DNA of 63,907 nucleotides, counting the filler, from Octopus bimaculoides (Eukaryota): the NCBI RefSeq assembly GCF_001194135.2. It is 9 parts of 8 records of this genome, joined end to end, with 100 filler letters (N's around TTAATTAATTAA, not from the genome) between each part and the next. Parts side by side here need not be neighbours in the genome. Positions count along the whole stretch, not along the records: positions 1 to 14,475 come from NC_068991.1; positions 14,576 to 29,681 come from NC_069010.1; 7 more parts are not named here. The stretch is one strand, 5' to 3'. Of this stretch, positions 11,650 to 24,830 are shown piece by piece. Made by a program: the position numbers and the translations under genes. Position 1 is the stretch's first letter, and each line of letters starts with the position of its first letter. Below the pieces are notes generated by a model that was given only the letters and a program-made list of their open reading frames with translations, was not told the DNA's origin and ran no database searches.

Positions 11650-14196
11650 ATGTATGTATGTATGTATAACTAAATTCACAAATTCATAATAAGTAGTAAT
11701 GAGATAGATAATACAGAGGAAATCTTATACACATCAGCTGATACACAGTAAATGACAATCTGTAGAGTTTATATATTTTATATGCATTACCGCCCTTTAT
11801 TTTGAACCATGGCTTAAATTTACAGACTTCTTTATATGTTTTATGTAATTTGAAGGCAAGATAACCCGTTTAAAAAAAAAAATGAGATATACAATTGTTT
11901 TTGTATAACGTCGATGTCAAAAATTTAAAACAACATTATGCAATCATTATATCTAGGAAATATAAATAGATTTAATATAAGAATTATAATTTCAAATCTA
12001 TGATAATTCCTTTAACGTCTTTAAATTATCGCTGCTGAAATGGTCATTCATTTTTTTTTTTTTTTTGAAATCAGACTTAATATTTTTTAATCTTAGTAAT
12101 TTTAGAATATTTGATGCTTTAATATCAATTGACCGTTGTGCGGAACTCTATAGAAAAATGTGTAGAGCATTTCGTTTAACAATTTTAGCAGAATAACTTT
12201 CGATAATATATTTGTTACCCGCTCTTTTCATTCCCGGTGAAGTCAATTCAATTTAATTCCATTGCTAATGAATGCTTCTACTTAGTATTTTCCCTTCATC
12301 TAAAATACTCTGCCTTTCTACCTGGTTGAAGCAAACCGTTACTATATTGCTCAGTAACCTTGAAATCTTGTAACAAGCAAAAACTATTTTCTCTTATTTA
12401 TTAATGTGTATCTAATGTCTAGGTCCATTGTAATGTCTCTCTACATTTATTATGTCTCAGTACGGAATATACACATTATATCTAATCTAAGTTCTTCCTA
12501 AATCTAAAATGTCCTTAAATGCCTTTTCGATTTCATCTTAAATCTGCCTAAAGTGTTCGAGTATCGTAGCACGTCGGCATGTTCAGCAATCGGGAGTGGG
12601 ATGACTTTTTCATTCTTAAGAGCCATGAATTGGCAGTATCATTAGAGCGTGTTCAAATCGCTCTCGGTTCAAATCCTAGCAAGATCAACTTTGCCTTTCC
12701 TCCTTTCGGGGTCGATAAAAGCCCAATCGAAAGCGATGGGGTGACGGAAGTATAAGAATTTGGACACGATGCCTTGTGGCATTTGTCTTTTCACTTTGTG
12801 TTCTCAGTTCAAGTCCCGCTATGCTCTACTTAATTTTGTCCCCCAGTTTAACACCCTGGAACATGGGGTGGCTTTAGCGGAGACCACTATTTTCCTTCCT
12901 CCCCCACCCATCACGGATGCCTTGCTACGCATCACAGACGCTGTCTTCGCTTCTTGACTGAAGGATAAAAAGAAATGATGGATGCAGAAGTAATAGAAAA
13001 AGAAGAAAAAACGATTGAGGAGTTTCTTACTCTGTGATATTAAAACCAAAACTTGCCCTGAGATGTTATTCTGTTGCTAAAATTCAAAATGAATCTCTAC
13101 AGTAACTCTACACTTTATTAATTTAAATTGTGAAGTTGCTTCCCCTAACTTTCTTGACCAGAATCAGTAATTGAGATAATATTTTCACATTACTACAGTT
13201 GTTATTTCAAGAAATTAAACAATTCTTGGCTGACGACTTTTAATATGTTATCAATCATTTTAATATATGAAATATAAACCGATAATTGTTTTAAAATCAT
13301 ACAGATTGAAGATAACTAAATTAAACATCATTTAAAACAGAAACTCACTATATGAATGAAGTTGTATATATTTTTTAAAGAATAAAAAAATATAAGGCAA
13401 TATTTTTTTCTTCTCTAGGACGTACATTTCTGTGATAAAAATACAATATTTTTGCTACTTGTGTGATGAAACCAATTAGAAAAGATAATAAAATCTCCTT
13501 AGATGAATGTGAAAAAGCTCAAAGTAATTCAACAAGTGTAGTAATGGAAAAAGTTAGTAGTTAGCCCATACTACAGCTGTGGCCTTTTAGAGAAAGTTCG
13601 AGATAGAAACTGTTCAAAAGACCAGTGCATGTGATTCTGTGCATGTTTATGCATGTATGAGTGTCTATTCTCATAGTTATCGAGGTGAATCATTATATCG
13701 AGTTGTGCTCTTTTATGTCCAGTAAACTTCAATTTAGCAAATCGATAAAATATGAAACAAACTAAAATTAAAGCTAAGAATCGATAAAATCAACTAAAAT
13801 CCTTAAGAGCGCTTGTCAAGCATGGCCTTAGTCTAATGTGTAATAATAAAAGATTAAGCTAGATGCATCAAATGTGACATATTCTAAAACCCGCATTTCT
13901 CCAAGAGTTAGACAATTTCAAATGTAGGTTGCATATTCTCACCAGAGATTTATGTTACTTTCTGAAATAAATTTAGTGTGTAATACAACTGAATTCAAGT
14001 GTTAGCTCCAAATGAAATATCATATTTCATAGAACTGGTCGCTATTCTAGAATTGCATATTTCTCTCCAGTTTTCTGGCGCAAAATTCACTGTAAATCAT
14101 TTTGGTTTAATATGTTGATAATGAAATGAATAGCGCGGTATTATTTCTTAAATCTGACTAATTTTTAGAAAATTTACTATCAAATGGAAGTGCGAA

Positions 14197-14261
<65 letters not shown>

Positions 14262-14427
14262 GTATATGTATTTATGTATGTATATATATATATATATGTT
14301 GTTGTACTTGGGGATGGTCATATTGCCAATATATATATATATATGCATCTATCTATATTTATATATAACTGCATCTATCTATCTATATATGTATATATAT
14401 TATACATATATTCATGTTATATATGTA

Positions 14428-14475
<48 letters not shown>

Positions 14476-14575
14476 NNNNNNNNNNNNNNNNNNNNNNNNN
14501 NNNNNNNNNNNNNNNNNNNTTAATTAATTAANNNNNNNNNNNNNNNNNNNNNNNNNNNNNNNNNNNNNNNNNNNN
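14476..14575. other. Artificial 100-bp scaffolding linker 44N+TTAATTAATTAA+44N (also at 29682, 44679, 47615, 52488, 53959, 55501, 59436)
   Basis: Eight occurrences with identical 44/12/44 geometry; the 12-mer is palindromic and places stops in all six frames. Confidence 0.95.
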
Positions 14576-14934
14576 AAACAACCTTTTTAATTTACTGAGT
14601 GAATATATATCATTGAGTCTATAAGTATATATATGTATGTATGTTTATGCACGTGTTTATGTGTGTAGCTGTGTGTATATAATTGTATATATATAATTGT
14701 ATGCATATCTGTTGCAAAGTGAAGGTTTGAATTAACAACCTTTTTAATTTACTGAGTGAATATATCATTGAGTCTATAAGTATATATATGTATGTATGTT
14801 TATGTGTGTAGCTGTGTGCATATACTTGTATATATATAATTGTATGCATATCTGTATTTGAGCTTAAATACAAGACATGAAAATGTAAATGGATCTACCA
14901 AAGGCTTTTGTGGCAGTCACATCTCAGAAAAATA

Positions 14935-15186
14935 TTGGGTTGTCCGGAAAGTTTTTGCTGATTTATACCATGCTTTTTTCATTGGCAGAAATTACCTTTC
15001 GACTTAATTGCTTCGAAACCATGTCAATTCTGGGGAGAGGGTATTTTCAAGTTGAAGGGAAAGATGGAGACGCATTGTGCAACAAAAGGGTTCATATTTG
15101 GTTGGTTAGAAATATAATGGCAAGTATTTATTGACCTTTTTGTTTCCTTTAAAAAAAAATCGGCATGAACTTTCCGGACAACCCAA
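14935..15186 (+). mobile_element. Mariner-derived MITE (252 bp), TA TSD
   Basis: 30-bp TIRs TTGGGTTGTCCGGAAAGTT... (27/30 match) flanked by TA at 14933-14934 and 15187-15188. The interior retains a mariner C-terminal-like K..ERWRRIVQQKGSY remnant. Confidence 0.9.
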
Positions 15187-15323
15187 TATATTAGAAGCAG
15201 GAAAGAAAGTCTTCAAATAGGGATCTAATAGAAAGTAATAACCAGAGCAGGGAGCTAGGAATAAGAGTCCTCCTCTACTCATTTCACTGTTTTAGTGGTG
15301 TGATTGTTGTTGGTGTCATTGTC

Positions 15324-15386
15324 CTAGTGGCCTGGGGCTGCAAGGCTTTTGTCCATGAACTTCCGTTTTGCAAAGCACAACCACCA
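15324..15386 (-). CDS. ARPC3: ARPC3 last coding exon ([20 protein letters not shown])
   Basis: gatttctattttcag|TGGTGG...CACTAG; 63 nt including the stop. Confidence 0.95.
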   Translation of the reverse strand, partial: WWLCFAKRKFMDKSLAAPGH

Positions 15387-15404
15387 CTGAAAATAGAAAT
15401 CGTC

Positions 15405-15471
<67 letters not shown>

Positions 15472-15512
15472 TAATAATAATAATAATGATAATAATAACA
15501 ATAATAATAATG

Positions 15513-15573
<61 letters not shown>

Positions 15574-18500
15574 TAATAATAATCCCTTCTACTAAAGGCA
15601 CAAGGCCTGAAAATTTGGGGGAGGGAACTAGTGAATTACATCAACCCCAGTGTGTAACCGGTACTTAATTAATTGACCCTGAAAGAATGAAAGGCAAAGT
15701 TGACCTCGGAGGAATTTGAACTCAGAACATAGTAATTGGGCAAAACACCGCTAAGCCTTGCATCCACTGTGCTCACAATTCTGTTAGTTCACTGCCTTAT
15801 TGGTTTCAAATTTTGAACCCCAGTACGCAACTGGTATTTAATTTATTGACCCCCCCAAAAGGATGAAAGGCAAAGTCAAACTAGGCAGAATNNNNNNNNN
15901 NNNNNNNNNNNNNNNNNNNNNNNNNNNNNNNNNNNNNNNNNNNNNNNNNNNNNNNNNNNNNNNNNNNNNNNNNNNNNNNNNNNNNNNNNNNNNNNNNNNN
16001 NNNNNNNNNNNNNNNNNNNNNNNNNNNNNNNNNNNNNNNNNNNNNNNNNNNNNNNNNNNNNNNNNNNNNNNNNNNNNNNNNNNNNNNNNNNNNNNNNNNN
16101 NNNNNNNNNNNNNNNNNNNNNNNNNNNNNNNNNNNNNNNNNNNNNNNNNNNNNNNNNNNNNNNNNNNNNNNNNNNNNNNNNNNNNNNNNNNNNNNNNNNN
16201 NNNNNNNNNNNNNNNNNNNNNNNNNNNNNNNNNNNNNNNNNNNNNNNNNNNNNNNNNNNNNNNNNNNNNNNNNNNNNNNNNNNNNNNNNNNNNNNNNNNN
16301 NNNNNNNNNNNNNNNNNNNNNNNNNNNNNNNNNNNNNNNNNNNNNNNNNNNNNNNNNNNNNNNNNNNNNNNNNNNNNNNNNNNNNNNNNNNNNNNNNNNN
16401 NNNNNNNNNNNNNNNNNNNNNNNNNNNNNNNNNNNNNNNNNNNNNNNNNNNNNNNNNNNNNNNNNNNNNNNNNNNNNNNNNNNNNNNNNNNNNNNNNNNN
16501 NNNNNNNNNNNNNNNNNNNNNNNNNNNNNNNNNNNNNNNNNNNNNNNNNNNNNNNNNNNNNNNNNNNNNNNNNNNNNNNNNNNNNNNNNNNNNNNNNNNN
16601 NNNNNNNNNNNNNNNNNNNNNNNNNNNNNNNNNNNNNNNNNNNNNNNNNNNNNNNNNNNNNNNNNNNNNNNNNNNNNNTACTGATAGAATAAGTACTAGG
16701 CTTACAAAGAATAAGTCCTGGAGTCGATTTGCTCGACTAAAAGGCGGTGCTCCAGCATGGCCACAGTCAAATGACTGAAATAAAAGAGTAATCTCCCTTG
16801 AATAAGTTTCTCATCAGATTCTACTTCAAGAGAAGTAAATTCTTAATTATTCAAGAAGCTTAGCGTTTCTCTTGGAAGTTTCTAGAATGTCTAGGGTGCC
16901 ATTAATAAAAACAGCTTGCTTGCCCCGCTCTTTACTGAACTGTGCCCATGGCCAACACACTTCACTATACTGTGATCATGATCGAGTCACTTAACCGTTA
17001 ATAGTCCAGTCTACATAGCTGTATGTAGGTACCAGAGAGCTACAGTGCACTGTACTGTATCTATGCCCAGCACACTTAACAGTCGCCTGTCCAGTCTATT
17101 TAATCATAAGAAATACCAGAGTTGCTTGGTTTACTAAACTAGACAAACATACACATACATTGAAGGAAAGTGAGAGAGAGACAAACATACAGAGATAACA
17201 ATATGTGTGTTTGTGGAGAGATAGAAACAGACACACAAATAGAGACAAACAGAGATAAATGTATAACAAGTTGTTACTATCTTCAATGGCTAAAGCTTTA
17301 AATGGCATTGCTTCAGCAGGAGAAATATAGATTGACGTATAAACAGAGAGAGAGAGAGAGACATAGATAAAGTTATTGATTGGTATACAGACAGTAAGTG
17401 ATAGATAAATAAATAGATAGACAGGTAAGCAGAGATAGACAGATAAACAGACAGATAGACAAACAGCTAGATAGATAGACAGACAAACAGCTAGACAGAT
17501 AAACAAACAGTTAGATAGATAGTCAAACAGCTAGATAGATAGACACATAGACAGAAAAACTGCAAGATAGATAGATAGACAAACAGCTAGATAGATAGAC
17601 AGACAGACAAACAGCTAGATAGATAGACAGATAGATAAACAGCGAGATAGATAGATAGACAGACAGACAAACAGCTAGATAGATAGACAGATAAACAGCT
17701 AGATAGATAGACAAACAACTAGATATATAAATAGACAGACAGACAAACAGCTAGATAAATAGACAGACAGACAGATAGAAATAGATCAACATACAAAAGG
17801 CAATTGATAGGCAGATACAACAGAGATAGATATAAAGATGATGTTACCGTCTTCGGTTCCAGGTGCTGGTTTACTGTACATAGCATTGAGTGGAAAACCA
17901 CTTTCTCCAGGAACCGGATAATTCTTCAGTGCTAAAGTATACATTTCCTTCTGGGCTGCATTTTTGGAAGTGCACTACAATGGAATAACATTATATACCT
18001 TTACAGATGCAGCACAACATTGCCAGTGATTTGGACATGATTTTGAGCATCAAAAGTTATGACACCATGTCGTCATCATCATCATCATCATCGTCGTTTA
18101 ACGTCCGCTTTCCATGCTAGCATGGGTTGGACGATTTGACTGAGGACTGGTGAAACCGGATGGCAACACCAGGCTCCAATCTGATTTGGCAGAGTTTCTA
18201 CAGCTGGATGCCCTTCCTAACGCCAACCACTCCGAGAGTGTAGTAGGTGCTTATATATATATATATATATATAATCGTTTAACGTCCGCTTTCTATGCTA
18301 GCATGGGTTGGACGATTTAACTGAGGACTGGTGAAAACCAGATGGCAACACCAGGCTCCAATCTGATTTGGCAGAGTTTCTACAGCTGGATGCCCTTCCT
18401 AACGCCAACCACTCAGAGAGTGTAGTAGGTGCTTANNNNNNNNNNNNNNNNNNNNNNNNNNNNNNNNNNNNNNNNNNNNNNNNNNNNNNNNNNNNNNNNN

Positions 18501-21500
18501 NNNNNNNNNNNNNNNNNNNNNNNNNNNNNNNNNNNNNNNNNNNNNNNNNNNNNNNNNNNNNNNNNNNNNNNNNNNNNNNNNNNNNNNNNNNNNNNNNNNN
18601 NNNNNNNNNNNNNNNNNNNNNNNNNNNNNNNNNNNNNNNNNNNNNNNNNNNNNNNNNNNNNNNNNNNNNNNNNNNNNNNNNNNNNNNNNNNNNNNNNNNN
18701 NNNNNNNNNNNNNNNNNNNNNNNNNNNNNNNNNNNNNNNNNNNNNNNNNNNNNNNNNNNNNNNNNNNNNNNNNNNNNNNNNNNNNNNNNNNNNNNNNNNN
18801 NNNNNNNNNNNNNNNNNNNNNNNNNNNNNNNNNNNNNNNNNNNNNNNNNNNNNNNNNNNNNNNNNNNNNNNNNNNNNNNNNNNNNNNNNNNNNNNNNNNN
18901 NNNNNNNNNNNNNNNNNNNNNNNNNNNNNNNNNNNNNNNNNNNNNNNNNNNNNNNNNNNNNNNNNNNNNNNNNNNNNNNNNNNNNNNNNNNNNNNNNNNN
19001 NNNNNNNNNNNNNNNNNNNNNNNNNNNNNNNNNNNNNNNNNNNNNNNNNNNNNNNNNNNNNNNNNNNNNNNNNNNNNNNNNNNNNNNNNNNNNNNNNNNN
19101 NNNNNNNNNNNNNNNNNNNNNNNNNNNNNNNNNNNNNNNNNNNNNNNNNNNNNNNNNNNNNNNNNNNNNNNNNNNNNNNNNNNNNNNNNNNNNNNNNNNN
19201 NNNNNNNNNNNNNNNNNNNNNNNNNNNNNNNNNNNNNNNNNNNNNNNNNNNNNNNNNNNNNNNNNNNNNNNNNNNNNNNNNNNNNNNNNNNNNNNNNNNN
19301 NNNNNNNNNNNNNNNNNNNNNNNNNNNNNNNNNNNNNNNNNNNNNNNNNNNNNNNNNNNNNNNNNNNNNNNNNNNNNNNNNNNNNNNNNNNNNNNNNNGC
19401 TCGAAAATCCTACGAAGGCCAGTCAGGCGGTACTGGCAACAGCCACGTTTAACTCTTTAGCATTCGCATTTTTATGCTTATTTATTCACATTGTGTTAAA
19501 TTATCATCATCATCATCATCATTTAACGTCTGCTTTCCATGCTAGCGTGGGTTGGACGATTTGACTGGGAACTGCCGAAGCGGATAGCTGCACCAGGCTC
19601 CAATTTGATCTGGCAGAGTTTCTACAGCTGGATGCCCTTCCTAACGCCAACCACTCAGAGAGTGTAGTGGGTGCTTTTTACGTGCTACTGGCATGAGGGC
19701 CAGTCCAGTGGTCATGCATTATCTCGTAGCGCTGAGATTTTGATGACGTGATTGTTTACTTTTAGGACGACATTGCAGGCTAGGTGTGAGAGACCAGAGC
19801 TAGCCAATTGGAGTAAAAAAAAAACAGAATATTTGGGTCAGATATGGCTGGGTAACCTTTTATCATCCAGATTATTCTATAAAATGTAATGATGATGAAT
19901 CAGTTAAATATCTAACCAAATTACTAACTGATCATTTGTTTAACATGTTGGTTAATAGACAGAGAGGTAGGTAAGATGGTTGGTGTTCCACTTACTTTCT
20001 GCAGTTTCTTGAGACATTCTGTGATGTAAAGTGTAACATAGATTAATGTACGGTCACAATCGTTCTGAAAAGAGAAGAAAAAGAAACATTTAAGAACCGG
20101 TACTTATAATCTGGTACAAGATACCTTTAGCCGCCTAACACCTGGCAGAGAATCATTAGTCATCCTCCAACAAGATTGAGCACCATCCCACAGCTCCAAA
20201 CAGACGCTACAGTGGGTTCAGACAAACATTCCATCATCCAAAAGCAAGGAGCCCCAATCTCAACCCATTGGATGTTTCTGTTTGGTCAGTTTTAGAGACG
20301 AGGTTCTCAAGTACTCCTCACGCTTTGCTTGATGCTCTGAAGGCAAAATTGTTCCAGGAATGAGCTTTGGTTCGAAATCGTATGTTCTGGTGGTCTCCCC
20401 ACCAGCGATATAAACAAGAGTGCATTTTGCACCAAGGGCCAGTATGAAAGAGTGTCTCTCGTGGTATCTATGGAAGTATAGTCTGTTCTAACAGAACATT
20501 CCTGTTTAAATGGGGATAAATATTACCTCTTGGTATTAATACTGCTTATGTCACTAATAAATATTTCTTAACAAGGAGACACAAGGAAATAACAAATCAA
20601 GCACTGTCATATACTCACCTTTATTTCGAAGTTTCTGAAGAAGATATTGGCTTTGAAGAAATATATCGCTTCATCGATGATATCCTGTGTTGCTTCATCA
20701 GCTATAAGAAAGAAAGAGAGATAAGATATCATCATCATCATCGTTTAACGTCCGCTTTCCATGCTAGCATGGGTTGGACAATTTGACTGAGGAGTGGTGA
20801 AACCGGATGGCTGCACCAGGCTCCAATCTGATCTGGCAGAGTTTCTACAGCTGGATGCCCTTCCTAACGCCAACCAGCAACTAAAGTAGTGCAAGGAATG
20901 AATGATGATGGGTTTGTCCCTCCATCCCTTTTTTTTTTGAAAGATAATACTTACTTACTTATTTTATTTCATAAATGGGCCTTCACTACTTAATATAACC
21001 ATACCACCAACACCACCACCACTGCCAAAACAAGATGTAAAACTTACTCTCTTTAGGGGCTGGTCCTTTGTACTGTGTCTTGATGGGGAGCAGAGCCATA
21101 TTAGCCAGGCTCTTGTTCAGGCTGATACCAGAATGGTAGGCCTAAAAGAGAAATGATAATAATAAGAAGTGGAAGAAAAGCAATAAAGATCGTAAAGAAA
21201 GAGAAAGAAAAATAAACAGAATCATAAAGAAAGAGGAAGAAAAACAAAGAAAATACAATCCCCTTAAAGTTTGAAATAGGAAGAATTTGGGACATGTGAA
21301 CAGTAAACGCCATGCCTATGATAATTCATTGGGAACATTGAGCCAAGATTTAGATAAATGGCTGAGGGAGATTGAAATAGAATGCCTGGTAGGGCTCCTA
21401 CAGACAGTTTGCCTCTTAGGTCCTGCAACGATTATCAGGAGAGCCCTAAGCATTTTAAAAGACTGCTGAAAACTTGTGGATAACTAAGGTAAGAGGTACG

Positions 21501-24187
21501 TAACCTGCTACCCTCATAAATTCTTCCAGGAATAAGAGACCAAACCTGAGCAAACTAAAATAATAATAATAATAATAATAATAAATGCCTGAATGCAATA
21601 CCAGGCGGTGGCTCTCATGGCTTCTGATCTTAACTGATTGGAAGTGTTATAATGTACATTGTTTTGTCTTGGTATAAAAGATGGCCTACAGCAAATATTC
21701 TGCTCAATACCACAGATTTGCTAATGCCCTGATGCAGTACCAGGCAGTGNNNNNNNNNNCAGGCGGTGGCTCTCATGGCTTCTGATCTTAACTGATTGGA
21801 AGTGTTATAATGTACATTGTTTTGTCTTGGTATAAAAGATGGGCTACAGCCAATATACTGTGCAATACCACAGATTTGCTAATGCCCTGATGCAGTACCA
21901 TGCAATGGCTCTCATGACTTCTGATCTTAATCGATTGGAAGTGTTATAATGTACATTGTTTTGTCTTGGTATAAAAGATGGGCTACAGCCAATATACTGT
22001 GCAATACCACAGATTTGCTAATGCCCTGATGCAGTACCATGCAATGGCTCTCATGACTTCTGATCTTAATCGATTGGAAGTGTTATAATGTACATTGNNN
22101 NNNNNNNNNNNNNNNNNNNNNNNNNNNNNNNNNNNNNNNNNNNNNNNNNNNNNNNNNNNNNNNNNNNNNNNNNNNNNNNNNNNNNNNNNNNNNNNNNNNN
22201 NNNNNNNNNNNNNNNNNNNNNNNNNNNNNNNNNNNNNNNNNNNNNNNNNNNNNNNNNNNNNNNNNNNNNNNNNNNNNNNNNNNNNNNNNNNNNNNNNNNN
22301 NNNGAATTCTTTGGGGTTTGAATAATTCACCTTTGGAAACATGGGTGTTTTGCTCAACATCCTTAAACGAACCTTATTCAGGGACCTTTTGAGCGGGATG
22401 GGCTACTCGACCTGAAGAAAATTCTAACTGGGCCCCACCTGCAAGGTCATGCGCAGTTTATCTTGATATGAGATCTCCATGTCGTGCACATATGGTTGTG
22501 ATGCATGTGCCTGGTGTACCCTTATCGGACGGGTAGTCATGATGGGTATATTGGGCTTCGTATATTTTACCCCAGTGTCACTTTGATGGCATGCCATCCT
22601 TATAGTCACAAGACCTGAAACTTGGGGGAAAGGGATAGTCAATCACATTGCCCCCCCCTCCCCAGTACACAACTGGTACTTATTTAATCAACCCCTAAAG
22701 GATGAAAGGCAAAGTGGGATTTGAATTCAGAAAGGTAACGGCAGGTGAAATATTGCTGAGCAAACGCTCCAGTATGCTAACAATTTTGTCAGCTCACTAC
22801 CTTAATAATAATAATAATAATAATAATAATAGTAGTACCTTAATATTAATAATACCACCTTAGGGAGCAATGGTGGGGGTGAGCGCAGGGAAATTGCACA
22901 GGCGAAAAGCTATGGAAAGAGACACCTTCATTTTCATTAGAAGCGCTGCACGAGGTTTCATTGTCTTCTTTGCCCTTTACGGCACGAATCGGGCGGAGCT
23001 TGTCTACGTTTGAAACACGACTTGATTTGTCGTCCTTTATCGTAGTGGGGTGAACAAAGAAGGGAACAGCTGTTCTCTTCAAGTTTGAATGCAAAATGTC
23101 AAAGTTTTAAACGAAAATTTCGCCCCTAAAAGCGAAAAATTCCGCCTAACTGACTAACTCTGCAAGAAATATACAAAAATATTACAAGATTTAAACAAAT
23201 TTTCCAATAAAATTGGCCAACAACTTATGGGGCATCAGGAGACACGTCTGTCCACTTGCAAGACAATAATGATAATAATAATACTACCACCTTAAAAATA
23301 ATAATAATAATAATAATAATAATAATTAATTCTTGTTTTATTGGCCACAACGGCTAATATAAATTAGAAACATGTAAGGACAAAGACAGGAAGGGATTCA
23401 AATTTTGCCACTTTTATGTAAGTTAAAATGGGGATTAAATTTAAAAAATGAGTTGTGAATATCTTCATAAGAATCAAAATAAATGGCGAGTGTGAAACAC
23501 CTCACGCATGCGCGCGCACTGAGTAGCAGACATCAAATGAAACGGACNNNNNNNNNNNNNNNNNNNNNNNNNNNNNNNNNNNNNNNNNNNNNNNNNNNNN
23601 NNNNNNNNNNNNNNNNNNNNNNNNNNNNNNNNNNNNNNNNNNNNNNNNNNNNNNNNNNNNNNNNNNNNNNNNNNNNNNNNNNNNNNNNNNNNNNNNNNNN
23701 NNNNNNNNNNNNNNNNNNNNNNNNNNNNNNNNNNNNNNNNNNNNNNNNNNNNNNNNNNNNNNNNNNNNNNNNNNNNNNNNNNNNNNNNNNNNNNNNNNNN
23801 NNNNNNNNNNNNNNNNNNNNNNNNNNNNNNNNNNNNNNNNNNNNNNNNNNNNNNNNNNNNNNNNNNNNNNNNNNNNNNNNNNNNNNNNNNNNNNNNNNNN
23901 NNNNNNNNNNNNNNNNNNNNNNNNNNNNNNNNNNNNNNNNNNNNNNNNNNNNNNNNNNNNNNNNNNNNNNNNNNNNNNNNNNNNNNNNNNNNNNNNNNNN
24001 NNNNNNNNNNNNNNNNNNNNNNNNNNNNNNNNNNNNNNNNNNNNNNNNNNNNNNNNNNNNNNNNNNACCATCATTATCAATGACTACAGCATGAAAAACT
24101 CTGCCATTGCTACCAACACCACCACCACCACCACTCTTTGTCCCACTTAAAAACAATAGGATGCAATTAAAAATGTCACCATTACCG

Positions 24188-24220
<33 letters not shown>

Positions 24221-24288
24221 GCACAACCAGTAGTGTATAATGAACAAATTGATAGGACTATCACAAGGGGTATCTTGTTTTAGGTTTT

Positions 24289-24320
<32 letters not shown>

Positions 24321-24760
24321 TAAAGTTTATTTGCCAATGTAATGTGGCAGTCCTGGTTAGGACAAATGTTACTGCTATTTAGCCCCAGGAAAACATATTC
24401 CCCAGCTGGCTAGCAACGCACTAACCGCATCCTTATATTTTTTAACAAGGCAGCTTAGTATACCCACATCAACTCTAGTACTTGACTTCAGTGGAATCTG
24501 AGCTGAGAAACGTGAAAGGCAGAAAGAAATACCACTAAGCAAACACACACATACATATATTATGTATGTGTGTGTGTATATATATACATATACATATATA
24601 AATACATATGGTAAAGTAAATGTTGAAGTAAAGTAAATCACGTACGTAACAACTATAAAGCGTGAAACACGTGTACCGCGGAATCCTTTGTGTTCTGTTT
24701 TTATTTTTACATTTTTAATTTATATAAATACATACATACATATATACATACACACATATA

Positions 24761-24830
<70 letters not shown>

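Noticed and set aside
12819-12957. Strong minus-strand acceptor and short open frame (QEAKTASVMRSK...)
   Set aside because: No recognised protein and no convincing donor; it lies beyond the ARPC3 stop.
13401-13560. Strong plus-strand acceptor at 13418
   Set aside because: All frames close quickly; no partner exon identified.
13930-13960. 19-nt minus-strand micro-exon-like cag|...|gtgag
   Set aside because: Cannot be tied to any gene; plausible by chance.
15284-15668. Poly-Ile/poly-Asn ORFs
   Set aside because: (AAT)n microsatellite; the real coding exon here is ARPC3 15386-15324 in another frame.
21586-22097. Regular repeats as a CRISPR array
   Set aside because: Whole units repeat with no unique spacers, in a eukaryotic context with no cas genes.
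24664-24679. GAAAC-ACGT-GTA hammerhead 3' half
   Set aside because: No CUGANGA or stem partner upstream.
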